Shown here one piece after another: positions 8,996 through 19,300 of a DNA stretch of 64,000 nucleotides. Both the position numbers and the translations under genes were made by a program. Numbering within the stretch: position 1 is the first letter of the stretch; every line of letters begins with the position of its first letter. The notes beneath the pieces are model-generated. The model was not told the origin of the DNA, ran no database searches, and saw only the letters and a program-made list of their open reading frames with translations. Origin of the DNA: Eubacteriales bacterium (lineage in GTDB: Bacteria > Bacillota > Clostridia > Oscillospirales > CAG-382); the NCBI GenBank assembly GCA_045595165.1, contig JAZNZY010000005.1:22945-86944 (forward strand), read 5' to 3'.

Positions 8996-10339
8996 TTAAA
9001 AGCCGAAGTTCATGCCGCCGAAGCGCATTTTTTTGCTTCCCTTACCGGTCTGCTGTTTTGCCATCTGCTTCATAAGCTTGTTTATCTGCTCGTACTGCTT
9101 GAGCAGGCGGTTTACTTCTTCAACCGTTCTGCCGCAGCCTGCGGCAATACGCTTTTTGCGGGAAGAGTTTATAATATCCGGCTTTGCTCTTTCCTTGGGT
9201 GTCATGGAAAGGATTATAGCCTCCATATGAGCCATTTGCTTTTCGTCGATCTTGGCATCCTTGAGCTGGGAAGGCTTTATTCCGGGCATCATACCCAAAA
9301 GCTGCTCCATACTGCCCATATTCTTGATCTGACGGAACTGGTCCAGATAATCGTCAAGAGTAAATGAGGATTCAAGGAACTTCTTTTCAAGCTCTGCCGC
9401 CTTCTTTTCGTCAAACTGCTGCTCCGCTTTTTCGATAAGGGAAAGTACGTCGCCCATACCGAGTATACGGGATGCCATTCTGTCGGGATGGAAGGGCTCT
9501 ATATTTTCTATCTTTTCGCCCACGCCGATAAACTTTATGGGCTTGCCGGTTACGTATCTTACGGAAAGCGCCGCACCGCCGCGGGTGTCGCCGTCCAGCT
9601 TGGTGAGTATTACGCCGGTGATATCCAGCAGGTTATTAAAGCTCTCTGCTACGTTGACCGCGTCCTGACCTGTCATAGCGTCTACTACCAGCAGGGTTTC
9701 GGTGGGGTTGACCTCGTCACGTATGCGCTTTAATTCCGCCATCAGAACTTCGTCGATATGAAGTCTGCCCGCCGTATCCACAAACACCATATCGTGTCCG
9801 TACTTTCTGGCGTGAACCAGAGCTTCGCGGGCGGTCTTTACGGGGTCTTGTGTGCCCCTCTCAAAAACCTGAACTCCCGCTTGTCCGCCCACTATCTTCA
9901 ACTGATCGATAGCGGCGGGACGGTATATATCGCAGGCAACCAGCAAGGGATTTTTGCCCTGCTTTTTATACATACGGGCAAGCTTTGCGCAATGGGTGGT
10001 CTTACCGCTGCCCTGCAGACCGCACATAAGCACTACCGTGGGAGGTGCGGAGGAGATGGTAAGTTTGGAATTGCTTCCGCCCATCAACGCTATAAGCTCT
10101 TCGTTTACTATTTTTACTATCTGCTGTGCGGGAACAAGGCTTTGCATAACGTCCGCGCCCACAGCACGCTCGGACACCTTGGCAACGAAATCCTTAACGA
10201 CCTTGAAGTTTACGTCCGCTTCCAACAACGCAAGCTTTATCTCACGCATACCCGCCTTAACGTCGGCTTCGGTGAGTCTGCCCTTGTTGCGGAACTTCTT
10301 CAAAGCGTTTGACATTTTATCTACAAGACTCTGAAACAT
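8996..10339 (-). CDS. ffh: signal recognition particle protein Ffh
   Basis: G-domain motifs GLQGSGKTT, DTAGR and TKLDGD, plus a Met-rich M domain. Start refined to MFQSLVDKM (ATG 10339), 1 nt after the ylxM stop. Confidence 0.97.
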   Translation of the reverse strand: MFQSLVDKMSNALKKFRNKGRLTEADVKAGMREIKLALLEADVNFKVVKDFVAKVSERAVGADVMQSLVPAQQIVKIVNEELIALMGGSNSKLTISSAPPTVVLMCGLQGSGKTTHCAKLARMYKKQGKNPLLVACDIYRPAAIDQLKIVGGQAGVQVFERGTQDPVKTAREALVHARKYGHDMVFVDTAGRLHIDEVLMAELKRIRDEVNPTETLLVVDAMTGQDAVNVAESFNNLLDITGVILTKLDGDTRGGAALSVRYVTGKPIKFIGVGEKIENIEPFHPDRMASRILGMGDVLSLIEKAEQQFDEKKAAELEKKFLESSFTLDDYLDQFRQIKNMGSMEQLLGMMPGIKPSQLKDAKIDEKQMAHMEAIILSMTPKERAKPDIINSSRKKRIAAGCGRTVEEVNRLLKQYEQINKLMKQMAKQQTGKGSKKMRFGGMNFGF

Positions 10340-10340
10340 T

Positions 10341-10652
10341 TTATTCTCCCAACAGGGATTCGGCAACAGAACGCACTTCTGCGGAATCTGTAAGCGCAAT
10401 TATCTTTTCCGCCGCGTTTTTTACCGTTTGTCCCCTTTCGTATACGCAAAGACATTCCTCAAGCTCGTACAATCTTTCCTCGCCGTGCTTTATAAGATCC
10501 CTTACCGCCTGCCGTGTGATTCCCGTTTGCTCGGCTATCTCCGCCAAGGAAAGGTCCTCGTTATAATACAGGTCCAAAGCATCTCTCTGCCGTGAGGAAA
10601 GCACGCGGGAATAGCAATCAAACAGAACAAGAATGCGCTCTCTGCCGTTCAT
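10341..10652 (-). CDS. ylxM: YlxM/p13-like putative DNA-binding protein (UPF0122)
   Basis: LSLAEIAEQTGITRQAVRDLIK HTH. Conserved position upstream of ffh. Confidence 0.85.
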   Translation of the reverse strand: MNGRERILVLFDCYSRVLSSRQRDALDLYYNEDLSLAEIAEQTGITRQAVRDLIKHGEERLYELEECLCVYERGQTVKNAAEKIIALTDSAEVRSVAESLLGE

Positions 10653-10737
10653 AAAATTCCCGCCCTCTCATAAAAATCGCCCCTTGCGGGGTCACATAAA
10701 ACATATGCCTGTAAAGTTTTTTTCTTTACAGGCACTT

Positions 10738-10766
10738 ATTATATCCGTTTTATCCCCGTTTGTCAA
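10738..10766 (-). promoter_or_regulatory. sigma-A-type promoter of the ylxM-ffh operon
   Basis: TTGACA-17-TATAAT. The -35 element overlaps the stop codon of the Clp-ATPase gene. Confidence 0.7.
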
Positions 10767-12862
10767 GTACTTTTTTGATATTCTCTCACTTTTTCTCTTT
10801 GTTTTTTCCACGTTTCCTCCTGCGCCAGCCGTGTTACGGTGCGGCACAGCGCCCGTGCGCTTCCCCCGCAGGATTCCACGGCGGAGGCGATGGCAGTATC
10901 CGGCAGGAATATCTCCGTCCCCATTTCCCGCGCCGCACGGGAAATGCGGTTAGCGCAATCCAGCGCGATACGCCGCAACGAAGCGGTATCAAGGGGCTGA
11001 AAGTATATAATATCGTCTACACGGTCGATTATCTCGTTACCCAGCAGGGCGGAAACGTCACCTTTGTCCCTGCCGCCGTAAAAGCCTGCACGGGAGGACA
11101 TGCCGTCTGCCGATGCGGTGAGAATTACCGTGGCGTTTTCAAAGGAAACCGTAAGCCCGTCGGAATCCGTAAGGCACCCCTTATCCAATATACGGGAAAC
11201 AAGGCTTTTTACATCGGGATGTGCTTTTTCCACCCCGTCAAACAGCACCACGGAAAAGGGAGTGCGGCGTACTGCCTCGGTAAGCACTCCGCCCTCTCCG
11301 CTCCCCGTATATCCGGGAGGCGCGCCGATAAGGCGGGATACCGAATGCTGTTCGGTGTACTCCGACATATCTATAGATACCAGTGTTTTTCCGCTTCCGC
11401 CGAAGGCAAGCGCCAACGACTTTGCGCATTCGGTCTTGCCAACTCCGTGGGGACCGAAAAACAGCATACTTCCCCCCGGACGGCAGGGACGGGCTATGCG
11501 GGAGGAACGGCGTTTTATTGCGGCGCATATGGCTTCTACCGCGCTTTCCTGTCCGATTATACTTTCTCTTAACGCCTTTTCGGTATATTCGGCACGGATA
11601 CAATCCGAATCCGTAATAAACTCAAGCGGAATTCCCGACATTTCCTCCGTAAGATCGGCGATATCCTCTTCGGTAACCTCACTTCCTCCCTGCATACGCT
11701 TGGCAGAGGCGGCTTCGTCTATAAGGTCGATAGCTTTATCCGGCAGATATCTTCCCGAAATAAAGCGGTGGGAATAATCTGCCGCCGCGGTTATGGCTTC
11801 ATCGGAGATAAGCACCCCGTGGTAGCTTTCGTAACGTCCCTTCAAAGCGTACAGCACAGTTTTACATTCCTCTACGGTAGGCTCGTTAATATTCACCTGC
11901 TGAACCCGCCTGCACAGCGCCCCGTCCCTTTCTATGCTTTTTTTGAATTCCTTGGGTGTGGTAGCGCCGATAAGCTGTATCTCTCCTCGGGCAAGGGCGG
12001 GCTTGAGGATGTTTGAAGCATCCACCGCCCCCTCTGCCGCCCCCGCGCCCACGAGAGTGTGGATCTCATCTATAAAAAGAATAACGTCTTTATCCTCGGT
12101 GGCTTCGCGGATGATATTGCGCAGCTTTTCTTCAAACTCCCCTCGGTATTTCGTGCCCGCCACCAGACAGGACATATCCAAGGACAGTATACGGCGGGAG
12201 CGCATTTCGTCGGGAACCTCGCCTTTGGCTATGCGTAAAGCGATGGATTCCGCCACGGCGGTCTTGCCCACACCCGCTTCGCCGATAAGCAGAGGATTAT
12301 TTTTTCGGCGGCGGAGGAGTATGCGCAGTATGCGTTCCTCTTCTTTTTCCCTACCCACCACGGGATCTATTTCTCCCTGCATCGCTTTGTCCGTAAGGGA
12401 CACCGAATATCTGTCAAGGGCGGGGGTGGATAGGCGTATCTCTCTTTTTGCGCTCATTCTGGTTTGTTTTTTCCTTTCCAATGCCTTTTTCAAATTGTCC
12501 GTATCTATATCCATATCGTCCAGCAGGCGGGTGGCAACGCAATCCGCCTCCAAAAGGGCTATGAACACGGACGTGTTATCAGTTTCTTCCCCCGAAGGAG
12601 TGCTTTCCGCCGCACGGGACAGCACGTTTTTCAAAGCGGGAGTCATATCCTCGGGAGTTAAAAAGCTTTTTTCGCCTCGTTCGGATATTTGTTCTATTCT
12701 TTTTAAGATCTCATTTTTGTCCAGCTCGGCGGGAAACCCGTCCGTTGCCACCAGAGCGTACAGCAAGTGCTCGGTGCCCACGTAGATGTGCCCCAGATCC
12801 GAGGCGGTCTTTATCGCTAAATTCAGCGTGGAATATGAGTGATCTGAAAATCTGCCCTGCAT
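10763..12862 (-). CDS. AAA+ Clp-family unfoldase with ClpA-like architecture (Clp_N + D1 + D2, no M-domain); D2 Walker B is degenerate
   Basis: D1 has GEAGVGKTA and ILFIDEIH. D2 has GPHGVGKT but VVLFDGVEKAH in place of the usual LLDE(I/V)EKAH. A possible ClpP-loop tripeptide AGF is present. Confidence 0.85.
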   Translation of the reverse strand: MQGRFSDHSYSTLNLAIKTASDLGHIYVGTEHLLYALVATDGFPAELDKNEILKRIEQISERGEKSFLTPEDMTPALKNVLSRAAESTPSGEETDNTSVFIALLEADCVATRLLDDMDIDTDNLKKALERKKQTRMSAKREIRLSTPALDRYSVSLTDKAMQGEIDPVVGREKEEERILRILLRRRKNNPLLIGEAGVGKTAVAESIALRIAKGEVPDEMRSRRILSLDMSCLVAGTKYRGEFEEKLRNIIREATEDKDVILFIDEIHTLVGAGAAEGAVDASNILKPALARGEIQLIGATTPKEFKKSIERDGALCRRVQQVNINEPTVEECKTVLYALKGRYESYHGVLISDEAITAAADYSHRFISGRYLPDKAIDLIDEAASAKRMQGGSEVTEEDIADLTEEMSGIPLEFITDSDCIRAEYTEKALRESIIGQESAVEAICAAIKRRSSRIARPCRPGGSMLFFGPHGVGKTECAKSLALAFGGSGKTLVSIDMSEYTEQHSVSRLIGAPPGYTGSGEGGVLTEAVRRTPFSVVLFDGVEKAHPDVKSLVSRILDKGCLTDSDGLTVSFENATVILTASADGMSSRAGFYGGRDKGDVSALLGNEIIDRVDDIIYFQPLDTASLRRIALDCANRISRAAREMGTEIFLPDTAIASAVESCGGSARALCRTVTRLAQEETWKKQREKVREYQKST

Positions 12863-12991
12863 ATATCCCCCTCCCTCAGTAACCTTTACCGTTCGTAACC
12901 ATTTTATGTGTTTTTGTGAATTCTTGTTAAAACCTCTTCCAAAAAACCGCGAAGTATGTTATAATACCAAAAAAGAAAGGAGGTATGCTTT

Positions 12992-13741
12992 GTGGCGCAA
13001 AAAAAGATGGGTAAAAGCTCCAAAAAGCTGTTTGTAAAAAAGAAGACAGCCCCACGCCCTGCGGAGAATAAGCGTCCCTTGACAGACGAAGAAAAATACC
13101 GGCGGGATGCACGCAAGGCAAAGGCGATACAGCGCAAGCGTGCAAGACGGGAAAGAGCGATAGCGGTAACCGCAGTTATGCTGGCGGTGTATCTGGGTAT
13201 CATCGGAATTATTGCCGCATACGGCATACTTTCATTCAATTCGGTGGCAGAAAGCTCCAAGGTCTTTTCGGTAGAGGGATATATGGGTGAAACCAAGGTG
13301 TTTACCGTATCCGCCGCGAACGCAAACAATTCCTATGGGCTTTACGTCCCCTTTTCCACCCTTACAAGGCTATGCCCTATGTCTATTGCGGGGGATAAGG
13401 ACGCGGTGGCAATAATCCTGCCCGAAAGCGGCGATTATATTAAATGCTTTTCCAATTCCTCTTCTATATGGGTAAACGATGCACCCTGCAGACTTTCCGC
13501 TCCCGTGCTTTTTGAGGAAAGCGATTATCTCATCCCCGTGGAAATGCTGGGGTATATTAACGGAATAACCGTAACCTACGGAAGCGACAGAGTGTGTACC
13601 ATATTCAGACAAAGTGCATCCCACAGTCTGTCCGCATCCCACTCCCTGCCCGTGGGTATAGATAATATTGAATTCAGCCCGCTGTACGATACCGATTATA
13701 TCTACGGCGAGGAAAGCGAAACGGGCGATATAATTGAATAA
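12992..13741 (+). CDS. membrane-anchored protein with a basic N-tail and a copper-amine-oxidase-N-terminal-like (stalk) C-domain
   Basis: GTG start 7 nt after GGAGG. Lys/Arg-rich tail, TM segment AIAVTAVMLAVYLGIIGIIAAY. The C-domain assignment is by resemblance only. Confidence 0.6.
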   Translation: MAQKKMGKSSKKLFVKKKTAPRPAENKRPLTDEEKYRRDARKAKAIQRKRARRERAIAVTAVMLAVYLGIIGIIAAYGILSFNSVAESSKVFSVEGYMGETKVFTVSAANANNSYGLYVPFSTLTRLCPMSIAGDKDAVAIILPESGDYIKCFSNSSSIWVNDAPCRLSAPVLFEESDYLIPVEMLGYINGITVTYGSDRVCTIFRQSASHSLSASHSLPVGIDNIEFSPLYDTDYIYGEESETGDIIE

Positions 13742-13752
13742 CACACAAAAAT

Positions 13753-13784
13753 CACCCCAAGAAACTGCAAGGCTTCTTGGGGTG
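13753..13784. terminator. bidirectional terminator between convergent genes
   Basis: CACCCCAAGAA...TTCTTGGGGTG, an 11-bp stem. Confidence 0.65.
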
Positions 13785-13794
13785 AACGTTTTAT

Positions 13795-15057
13795 TTACTT
13801 AACGGAAACGCTGATCTCCTCTACGGTTACCGCCTGGTAGGACGCGCCTGCCACGTACAGCTTTATGCCCGAAAAGATAACGTATCCATCGTGTATGCTC
13901 TTTTGAGGAATATTAAGGGAGGAAAGGGGAATCTGAATATCGATGACCTGGTTGGCGGTAATATCGCCGGTATAAGAATCGGTATCGCACTCCAGATAGG
14001 GATTGATGCAAAGGTACTGTCCCTCGGTATAGGCGTGGGGAAACGCTCCGTCAAAGAATAAAAGAAGACTTGCGTTTACATTGGCGGTGGACAGTTTTAT
14101 ATTAAGCACGCCGTCCTTTACGGGAACCTTTATTCCCTCGGTAAGGGAGCACTGTGCATCGGGCCACAGACCGTTGGTGTTTTTAAAGATAACAGCGTTT
14201 TCGCCTGCGGACACCTGTATAGTAGTTCCCTCAACGTACCACAAATTCTTTTCCTTGGGGGCGATAGATGCGGTTTCTCCCGAGGAGAGCAAAACGGAAT
14301 TATCGTAATTCACCTTGGGGGCTTCGGGATCGGAAACGTAGTTTTCCAAAAGGAATGCGGTTATCTGCTCCGCAAAAATGCGGTTGCCCAGATCGCCCAG
14401 ATGGATTCCGTCAGAGCATACCACCTGCTTTTCGGGATGCTTTGAACATTCCGCAAACAGATCTATGAGAGGATATCCCGTTTCCGCCGCTACTTGACGG
14501 GTCATTTCGTTATAGGTATCAACCCATTCCTTTATATCCCGTCCGCCGTACATAGCTTCGGTCTGTCCCTGAGCTGAATAAAACTTTGCGTAATCTATGG
14601 AATTGGTGGTGAGCAATATGGGAACTGCGCCCGCCTCCACCGTTTTTTCTACCAGCTTTTTCATATTTAATTTGAACTGCTCGGGTGTTACCTTGGGGGT
14701 ATTGGTTGAAACCATAAGCAGATCGTTCATACCGAAGCAAAGAGTAACGTAATCCGGATCGCGGGAGGCAACGAAGGTATCGAAACGCTCAAGTCCCTCT
14801 GCGCTGGTTATTCCGCCCTTGGCGCCGTTGAAAAAGCGCATATTGCAGTTTTGGGCAACGGTCTTTCCCCAAGAGCCCAAAGCGGTTATGGAATCGCCGA
14901 ACACTACCAGCATAGCGTTATCCAGAGGCGCGGGGGTAAACATATCCTCCGAAACGGTTTCGGACACCTCCGAAACGGCTTTTGAATTTTCGCTCTCCTG
15001 CGCGCAGGAGCAAAGCAAAAGAGAAAAACAAAGCATAAGTATAATTACTCTTTTCAT
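13795..15057 (-). CDS. SGNH/GDSL hydrolase lipoprotein with an extra C-terminal beta domain
   Basis: Lipobox LLLCSCAQ, GDSL block VVFGDSITA, DGIHLGDLG near the catalytic His. Start taken at MKRVIILML; the track ORF extends to 15078. Confidence 0.8.
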   Translation of the reverse strand: MKRVIILMLCFSLLLCSCAQESENSKAVSEVSETVSEDMFTPAPLDNAMLVVFGDSITALGSWGKTVAQNCNMRFFNGAKGGITSAEGLERFDTFVASRDPDYVTLCFGMNDLLMVSTNTPKVTPEQFKLNMKKLVEKTVEAGAVPILLTTNSIDYAKFYSAQGQTEAMYGGRDIKEWVDTYNEMTRQVAAETGYPLIDLFAECSKHPEKQVVCSDGIHLGDLGNRIFAEQITAFLLENYVSDPEAPKVNYDNSVLLSSGETASIAPKEKNLWYVEGTTIQVSAGENAVIFKNTNGLWPDAQCSLTEGIKVPVKDGVLNIKLSTANVNASLLLFFDGAFPHAYTEGQYLCINPYLECDTDSYTGDITANQVIDIQIPLSSLNIPQKSIHDGYVIFSGIKLYVAGASYQAVTVEEISVSVK

Positions 15058-15079
15058 AAAATTTCCTTTCATAAACAAT

Positions 15080-15112
15080 CACCCCGCAAATGCGGACAGC
15101 ATTTGTGGGGTG
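15080..15112 (-). terminator. terminator-like hairpin after the NUDIX gene
   Basis: CACCCCACAAATGC-tgtcc-GCATTTGCGGGGTG on the minus strand. Confidence 0.55.
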
Positions 15113-15117
15113 TTAAT

Positions 15118-15582
15118 TTATTCGTTGCTGCCGAAGGATACGGAGCGCTGATTCATTACGCCCTGATATACGTCGCCTGTTTTGCCCAGATAATAATTCT
15201 TTATAAGGGTACGGATCTCAAGAGGATACAAGGGCTCTGCGGAAATATTGTCAATGTTAAGCCATGTAGTGCCTACCTGAAATTCATCGTATTCGTACAC
15301 GTTGTTTTCAAGTTTTTCTTTAATATCGCAAAGCACCATAAACTCTACGCGGTGGATATCTTCGTATTCATCGAATGTCTCGCGGATGAACATTATCTCC
15401 TTGGGGTCGATATCATAGCCCGCTTCTTCTGCCATTTCGCGCTTTAATGTATCGAAAATAAGCTCATCGGGACGCTGTTTTCCGCCGGGGAGGGTATAAT
15501 AAGTTCCGTTATTTTCCATTTCGGCAACCAAAAGCTTGTTGCCCTTGATAATAATACCTTTTACAGAATTTCTTATAATCAT
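15118..15582 (-). CDS. NUDIX hydrolase
   Basis: Nudix box GGKQRPDELIFDTLKREMAEEAGYD. Start refined to MIIRNSVKG. Confidence 0.85.
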   Translation of the reverse strand: MIIRNSVKGIIIKGNKLLVAEMENNGTYYTLPGGKQRPDELIFDTLKREMAEEAGYDIDPKEIMFIRETFDEYEDIHRVEFMVLCDIKEKLENNVYEYDEFQVGTTWLNIDNISAEPLYPLEIRTLIKNYYLGKTGDVYQGVMNQRSVSFGSNE

Positions 15583-15668
15583 AAACCAATGCACCTTCAA
15601 AAATATTACTATACACAGTAAACAACATTTAGAGAGTTTTGTCAAGAGTCAAAACGCTTAAAATTTCC

Positions 15669-15697
15669 TTGACTGAACGGAAATAATAGTGTAAACT
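15669..15697 (+). promoter_or_regulatory. sigma-A-like promoter upstream of spoIIR
   Basis: TTGACT-17-TAAACT. Confidence 0.5.
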
Positions 15698-15707
15698 CTG
15701 TATATAA

Positions 15708-15744
15708 CCTCCGTTTTCCGTGCATAATCCCAACGAAACGGAGG
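15708..15744 (+). promoter_or_regulatory. SD-sequestering hairpin in the spoIIR leader
   Basis: CCTCCGTTT (15708-15716) pairs perfectly with AAACGGAGG (15736-15744). The latter contains the GGAGG RBS, 9 nt before the ATG. Confidence 0.5.
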
Positions 15745-15753
15745 AAAACGAAT

Positions 15754-16323
15754 ATGATTACAAAAGCCAAGCTTATTATTTGCATTGCGGCAGTTATTTT
15801 TACGGTAATAACAGCCGATCTCGTCTTGCCCGATGGCGAAAAAAGTATTTACGATACCACGGTGCGATTGCACATTCTCGCCAACAGCGATTCCGAAAAG
15901 GACCAGAACATAAAGCTTGAGGTGCGGGACGCCATTATCCGAAACAGCGCCTATCTTGAAATGATAACCGACACGGAGGAGCTGGAAAAAGAGCTTATTC
16001 GTATCGCAACCGATGCGGCGCAGGGGCAAAGCGTGAGAACGGAATTCGGAAAGGAATATTACGAAACCAGAGAGTATGACGGAGTAATGTTCCCCGCAGG
16101 CACCTACACGTCCCTTCGCATAATTATCGGCGAAGGGGAAGGAAAAAACTGGTGGTGCGTGCTGTTTCCCCCGCTGTGTCTTTCCGCCGCCACGGCACAG
16201 GATGCGCTGGAAAGCACGGGTATGAGCGAGGATGCCGTAAACGTATTTACAAAAACGGAAAAGGTTAAATACAAGTTCAGGTTCAGAATACTTGAAATTC
16301 TGGGAAGTCTTACAAAGGAGTGA
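15754..16323 (+). CDS. spoIIR: stage II sporulation protein R
   Basis: RLHILANSDSEKDQNIKLEVRDAI and GEGEGKNWWCVLFPPLCL signature blocks, with an N-terminal anchor. Confidence 0.9.
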   Translation: MITKAKLIICIAAVIFTVITADLVLPDGEKSIYDTTVRLHILANSDSEKDQNIKLEVRDAIIRNSAYLEMITDTEELEKELIRIATDAAQGQSVRTEFGKEYYETREYDGVMFPAGTYTSLRIIIGEGEGKNWWCVLFPPLCLSAATAQDALESTGMSEDAVNVFTKTEKVKYKFRFRILEILGSLTKE

Positions 16324-16332
16324 AAAAGCGAT

Positions 16333-19300
16333 ATGCTGCACCGTATTATAGGTAAAAGCGGAAGCGGAAAAACACATATTATTATAAATAAAATAAATGA
16401 ATGTATATCCGCAAGGCAGCAGTGTATCGTCATCGTGCCCGAGCAGCAATCGGTAGCCTATGAAAGAAAGTTATCCTCCGCCTTGGGGGACGGCTTCAAT
16501 ATGTACTGCGAGGTACTGAATTTTGAACGTCTACCCAACCGTATTGCAAGACAGTACGGCGGACTTAACGCGGAATATATGGATGCGGGCTGCAGAAACG
16601 TGCTTCTTGCGTCTGCGGTTTACGGGGTGAAGGATTCTCTTTCCCAGTACGCCCTCTCTGCCGAGGACAACGATTTTATTAAAAAGCTGGGGGATGCCGC
16701 CGCAAATCTTAAAATGCGGGGCATTACCCCCGATATGCTTTGCGAAGCGGCAGAAAAGGTGCCCTCTCCCGTACTTAAAGCAAAGCTTACGGATATGGGT
16801 ATTATCCTTAAAGAATATATGAAAAAGACACCCGACGGAATGTACGATCCCAACGACGGGCTTACTCACGTCGCTTTGCGAAAGGATACTCCCCTTTTCT
16901 TTGAGAACAAAACGGTTTTTATAGACGGATGCTATACATACACCCCTCAGGAAGAGGAAATTATAAAAATAATCGTTGCATCCGCAAGGGATATATACGT
17001 ATCCTTCCTTATCGGCGAGGATACGGAATTATATAAGGAAACCATACTTTGCAGTGAAAAAATAAAAAGCTTTGCATCCGTCTGCGAGGACACGGTGCTT
17101 ACGGACAACAGACGTGCAAAGGAAAAAAGTATTGAATATCTGCAGGATTTTCTTTGGGATCATTCCGCACCGGAGTTTGACGGAAGCACCGAAAATATAC
17201 GAATTCTCGCCGCGTCCGATGCCTTTGAAGAAGCGGCGGCGGCAAGCAGTATCATCCACTCGCTCATAAGGGAGGGCTACCGCTACAGAGATATTACGGT
17301 TATTACGGGAAATGCGGAAAAATACGATGGAATTATAGACACGGTGTTCGCTTCCGATGGAATCCCCTGCTATATGTCGGTAAAGGACGAGCTTACCACA
17401 AAGCCCCTTGTGGCGTTCGTCCTCTCCGCGTTGGAAACAGCGGTAACGGATTTTGCCCCTTACGCCGTAAACAAATACATAAAAAACAGCTTTTGCGCCC
17501 TTAACGTGCGGGAGCGGGATACGCTGTCCCGCTATGTGGACACCTGGGGCATTCGGGGAAAGCGTTGGTATGACGGAAAGCCCTGGATGATGAATCCCGA
17601 TGGATACACGGGTACGCTCACCGATTATTCCGCCCATATACTCAACACGGTAAACTCCGCAAAAGAAAAAATGATGAATATACTTCAGCCTGCATACGAA
17701 ACTCTGGTTTCCCACGAGCTGACCGTGAGAAGCGGCGTGGAGGCTTTGTACGGTCTGCTTATATCCGCAGAGGCGGATAAACGTCTTCTTGCCAGAGCAC
17801 GCATACTTATGGACAGCGGCAAGGAACGGGAAAGCAACGTAACGGCACAGATATGGGACACCCTTATTGATATTTTTGACCGTCTTGTATCCGTATGCGG
17901 AGATGAAAAGATAACTCCCGAACGGCTGCACCGATATTTATCCCTTATGATATCCTCCCGCAAGGTGGGCTCTATACCCGCTTTGAACGACAGCGTAACT
18001 ATCGGTAACGCAAGCCTTATCCGCGGAGAAAACTGCCGCGCCTGCATACTTATGGGAGTAAACGACGGCGAGTTCCCCAAGGCAGTACGCAGAGGCGGAT
18101 TGTTTGACGAACGGGAAAGCGATATGCTGGAGCAGGCGGGAATAGCGTTATCTCTGCCCTTTTTCCGACAGCAAAACGAGGAACGGTTTTATTTCACCGT
18201 GGCGGCTGCCGCCCCTGCGGAAAAGCTGTATCTTACATATCCTCTGGGCGATCTTTCCGGTTCTTCACTGCGCCCCTCTGTTGCGGTAATGCGCATAAAG
18301 GAGCTTATGGGAACAAAGGAAGAGCGGTTTGGGGAAAAGGAAACGGATATGCTGTATTGCCTTCCCTCTGCAAAGCGGTATTCGGGAGGAATAGAAAATC
18401 CCTATATCAAAAAGGCTATAGACGGTCTGTGGGAAAAAGAAAAGACGGAGATGGGCTTATACGAAGAGGCTGCCTTCGTGGATCACGAGCAAAGCGTAAT
18501 AACCTTAACCCCCAGCAGAACGGATAAATACGCATCCTGCGCGTTTTCCTTTTTCGCACGGTATTTGTTAAAGCTGAGAGAAAATAAAAAAGCCGCCTTC
18601 GCCGCACCGGAAATAGGCACCTTCGTACACAGTATACTGGAAGAATTCGTTTCCGCCCGTGTGGAAGACGGGGTTTTTACTCCTCTGCCCGATACGGAGC
18701 GGGAAAAAGAGGTGGACCGTCTTACCGAAACCTACATTCTTTCGGTGGCAGGAGAATATGCCGAGGACAAACGGTTTGCCTATGCGGTAAAGCGGTTTAA
18801 AAAGACACTTAACCTTATTATTAAAAACATATCCGCCGAATTTGCCCAAAGCAAGTTTTGCCCCAGCGGATTTGAAGTAAAGATAGGTATGGGAGATCTC
18901 CCCGCCGTAGAAATACCCACGGAAAAAGGAAAAATACGGCTGTGCGGTGTGGTTGACCGTACCGATACCTGCGTTATCGACGGAAAAACCTACCTGCGCG
19001 TAATAGATTACAAAACGGGCGACAAGCGTTTTTCCTTTGAACGGATGGAAAAGGGCTTGGATCTGCAGCTGCTTATGTATCTTTTTGCCTGCTGTGCCGC
19101 AGACAAAACGGGGGCAACCCTGCCTGCAGGCGTGCTTTATATGCCCGCATCCGCCCCCAAGCTGGAGGGCGTAAAAGAATATACGGATGCGGAAGAGGAA
19201 GCTGTATACGAATTCAAAAAAAGCGGTCTTGTGCTGGCAGATCCCGAAGTCATCCGTGCTATGGAGGCGGAGGGCGGAGGAGTATTTATTCCCGCAAAGC

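Noticed and set aside
10763-12862. Naming the Clp ATPase as ClpB or ClpC
   Set aside because: It has no coiled-coil M-domain or UVR motif between D1 and D2, and D2 is degenerate. I kept the generic ClpA-like call.
15720-15750. Sigma-F-type promoter (GCATA ... GG-rich -10) for spoIIR
   Set aside because: The candidate -10 element coincides with the RBS and would place the transcription start at or beyond the ATG.
15658-16449. 263-aa minus-strand ORF
   Set aside because: It is antisense to spoIIR, which has strong signature motifs, and it runs through the divergent promoter region.
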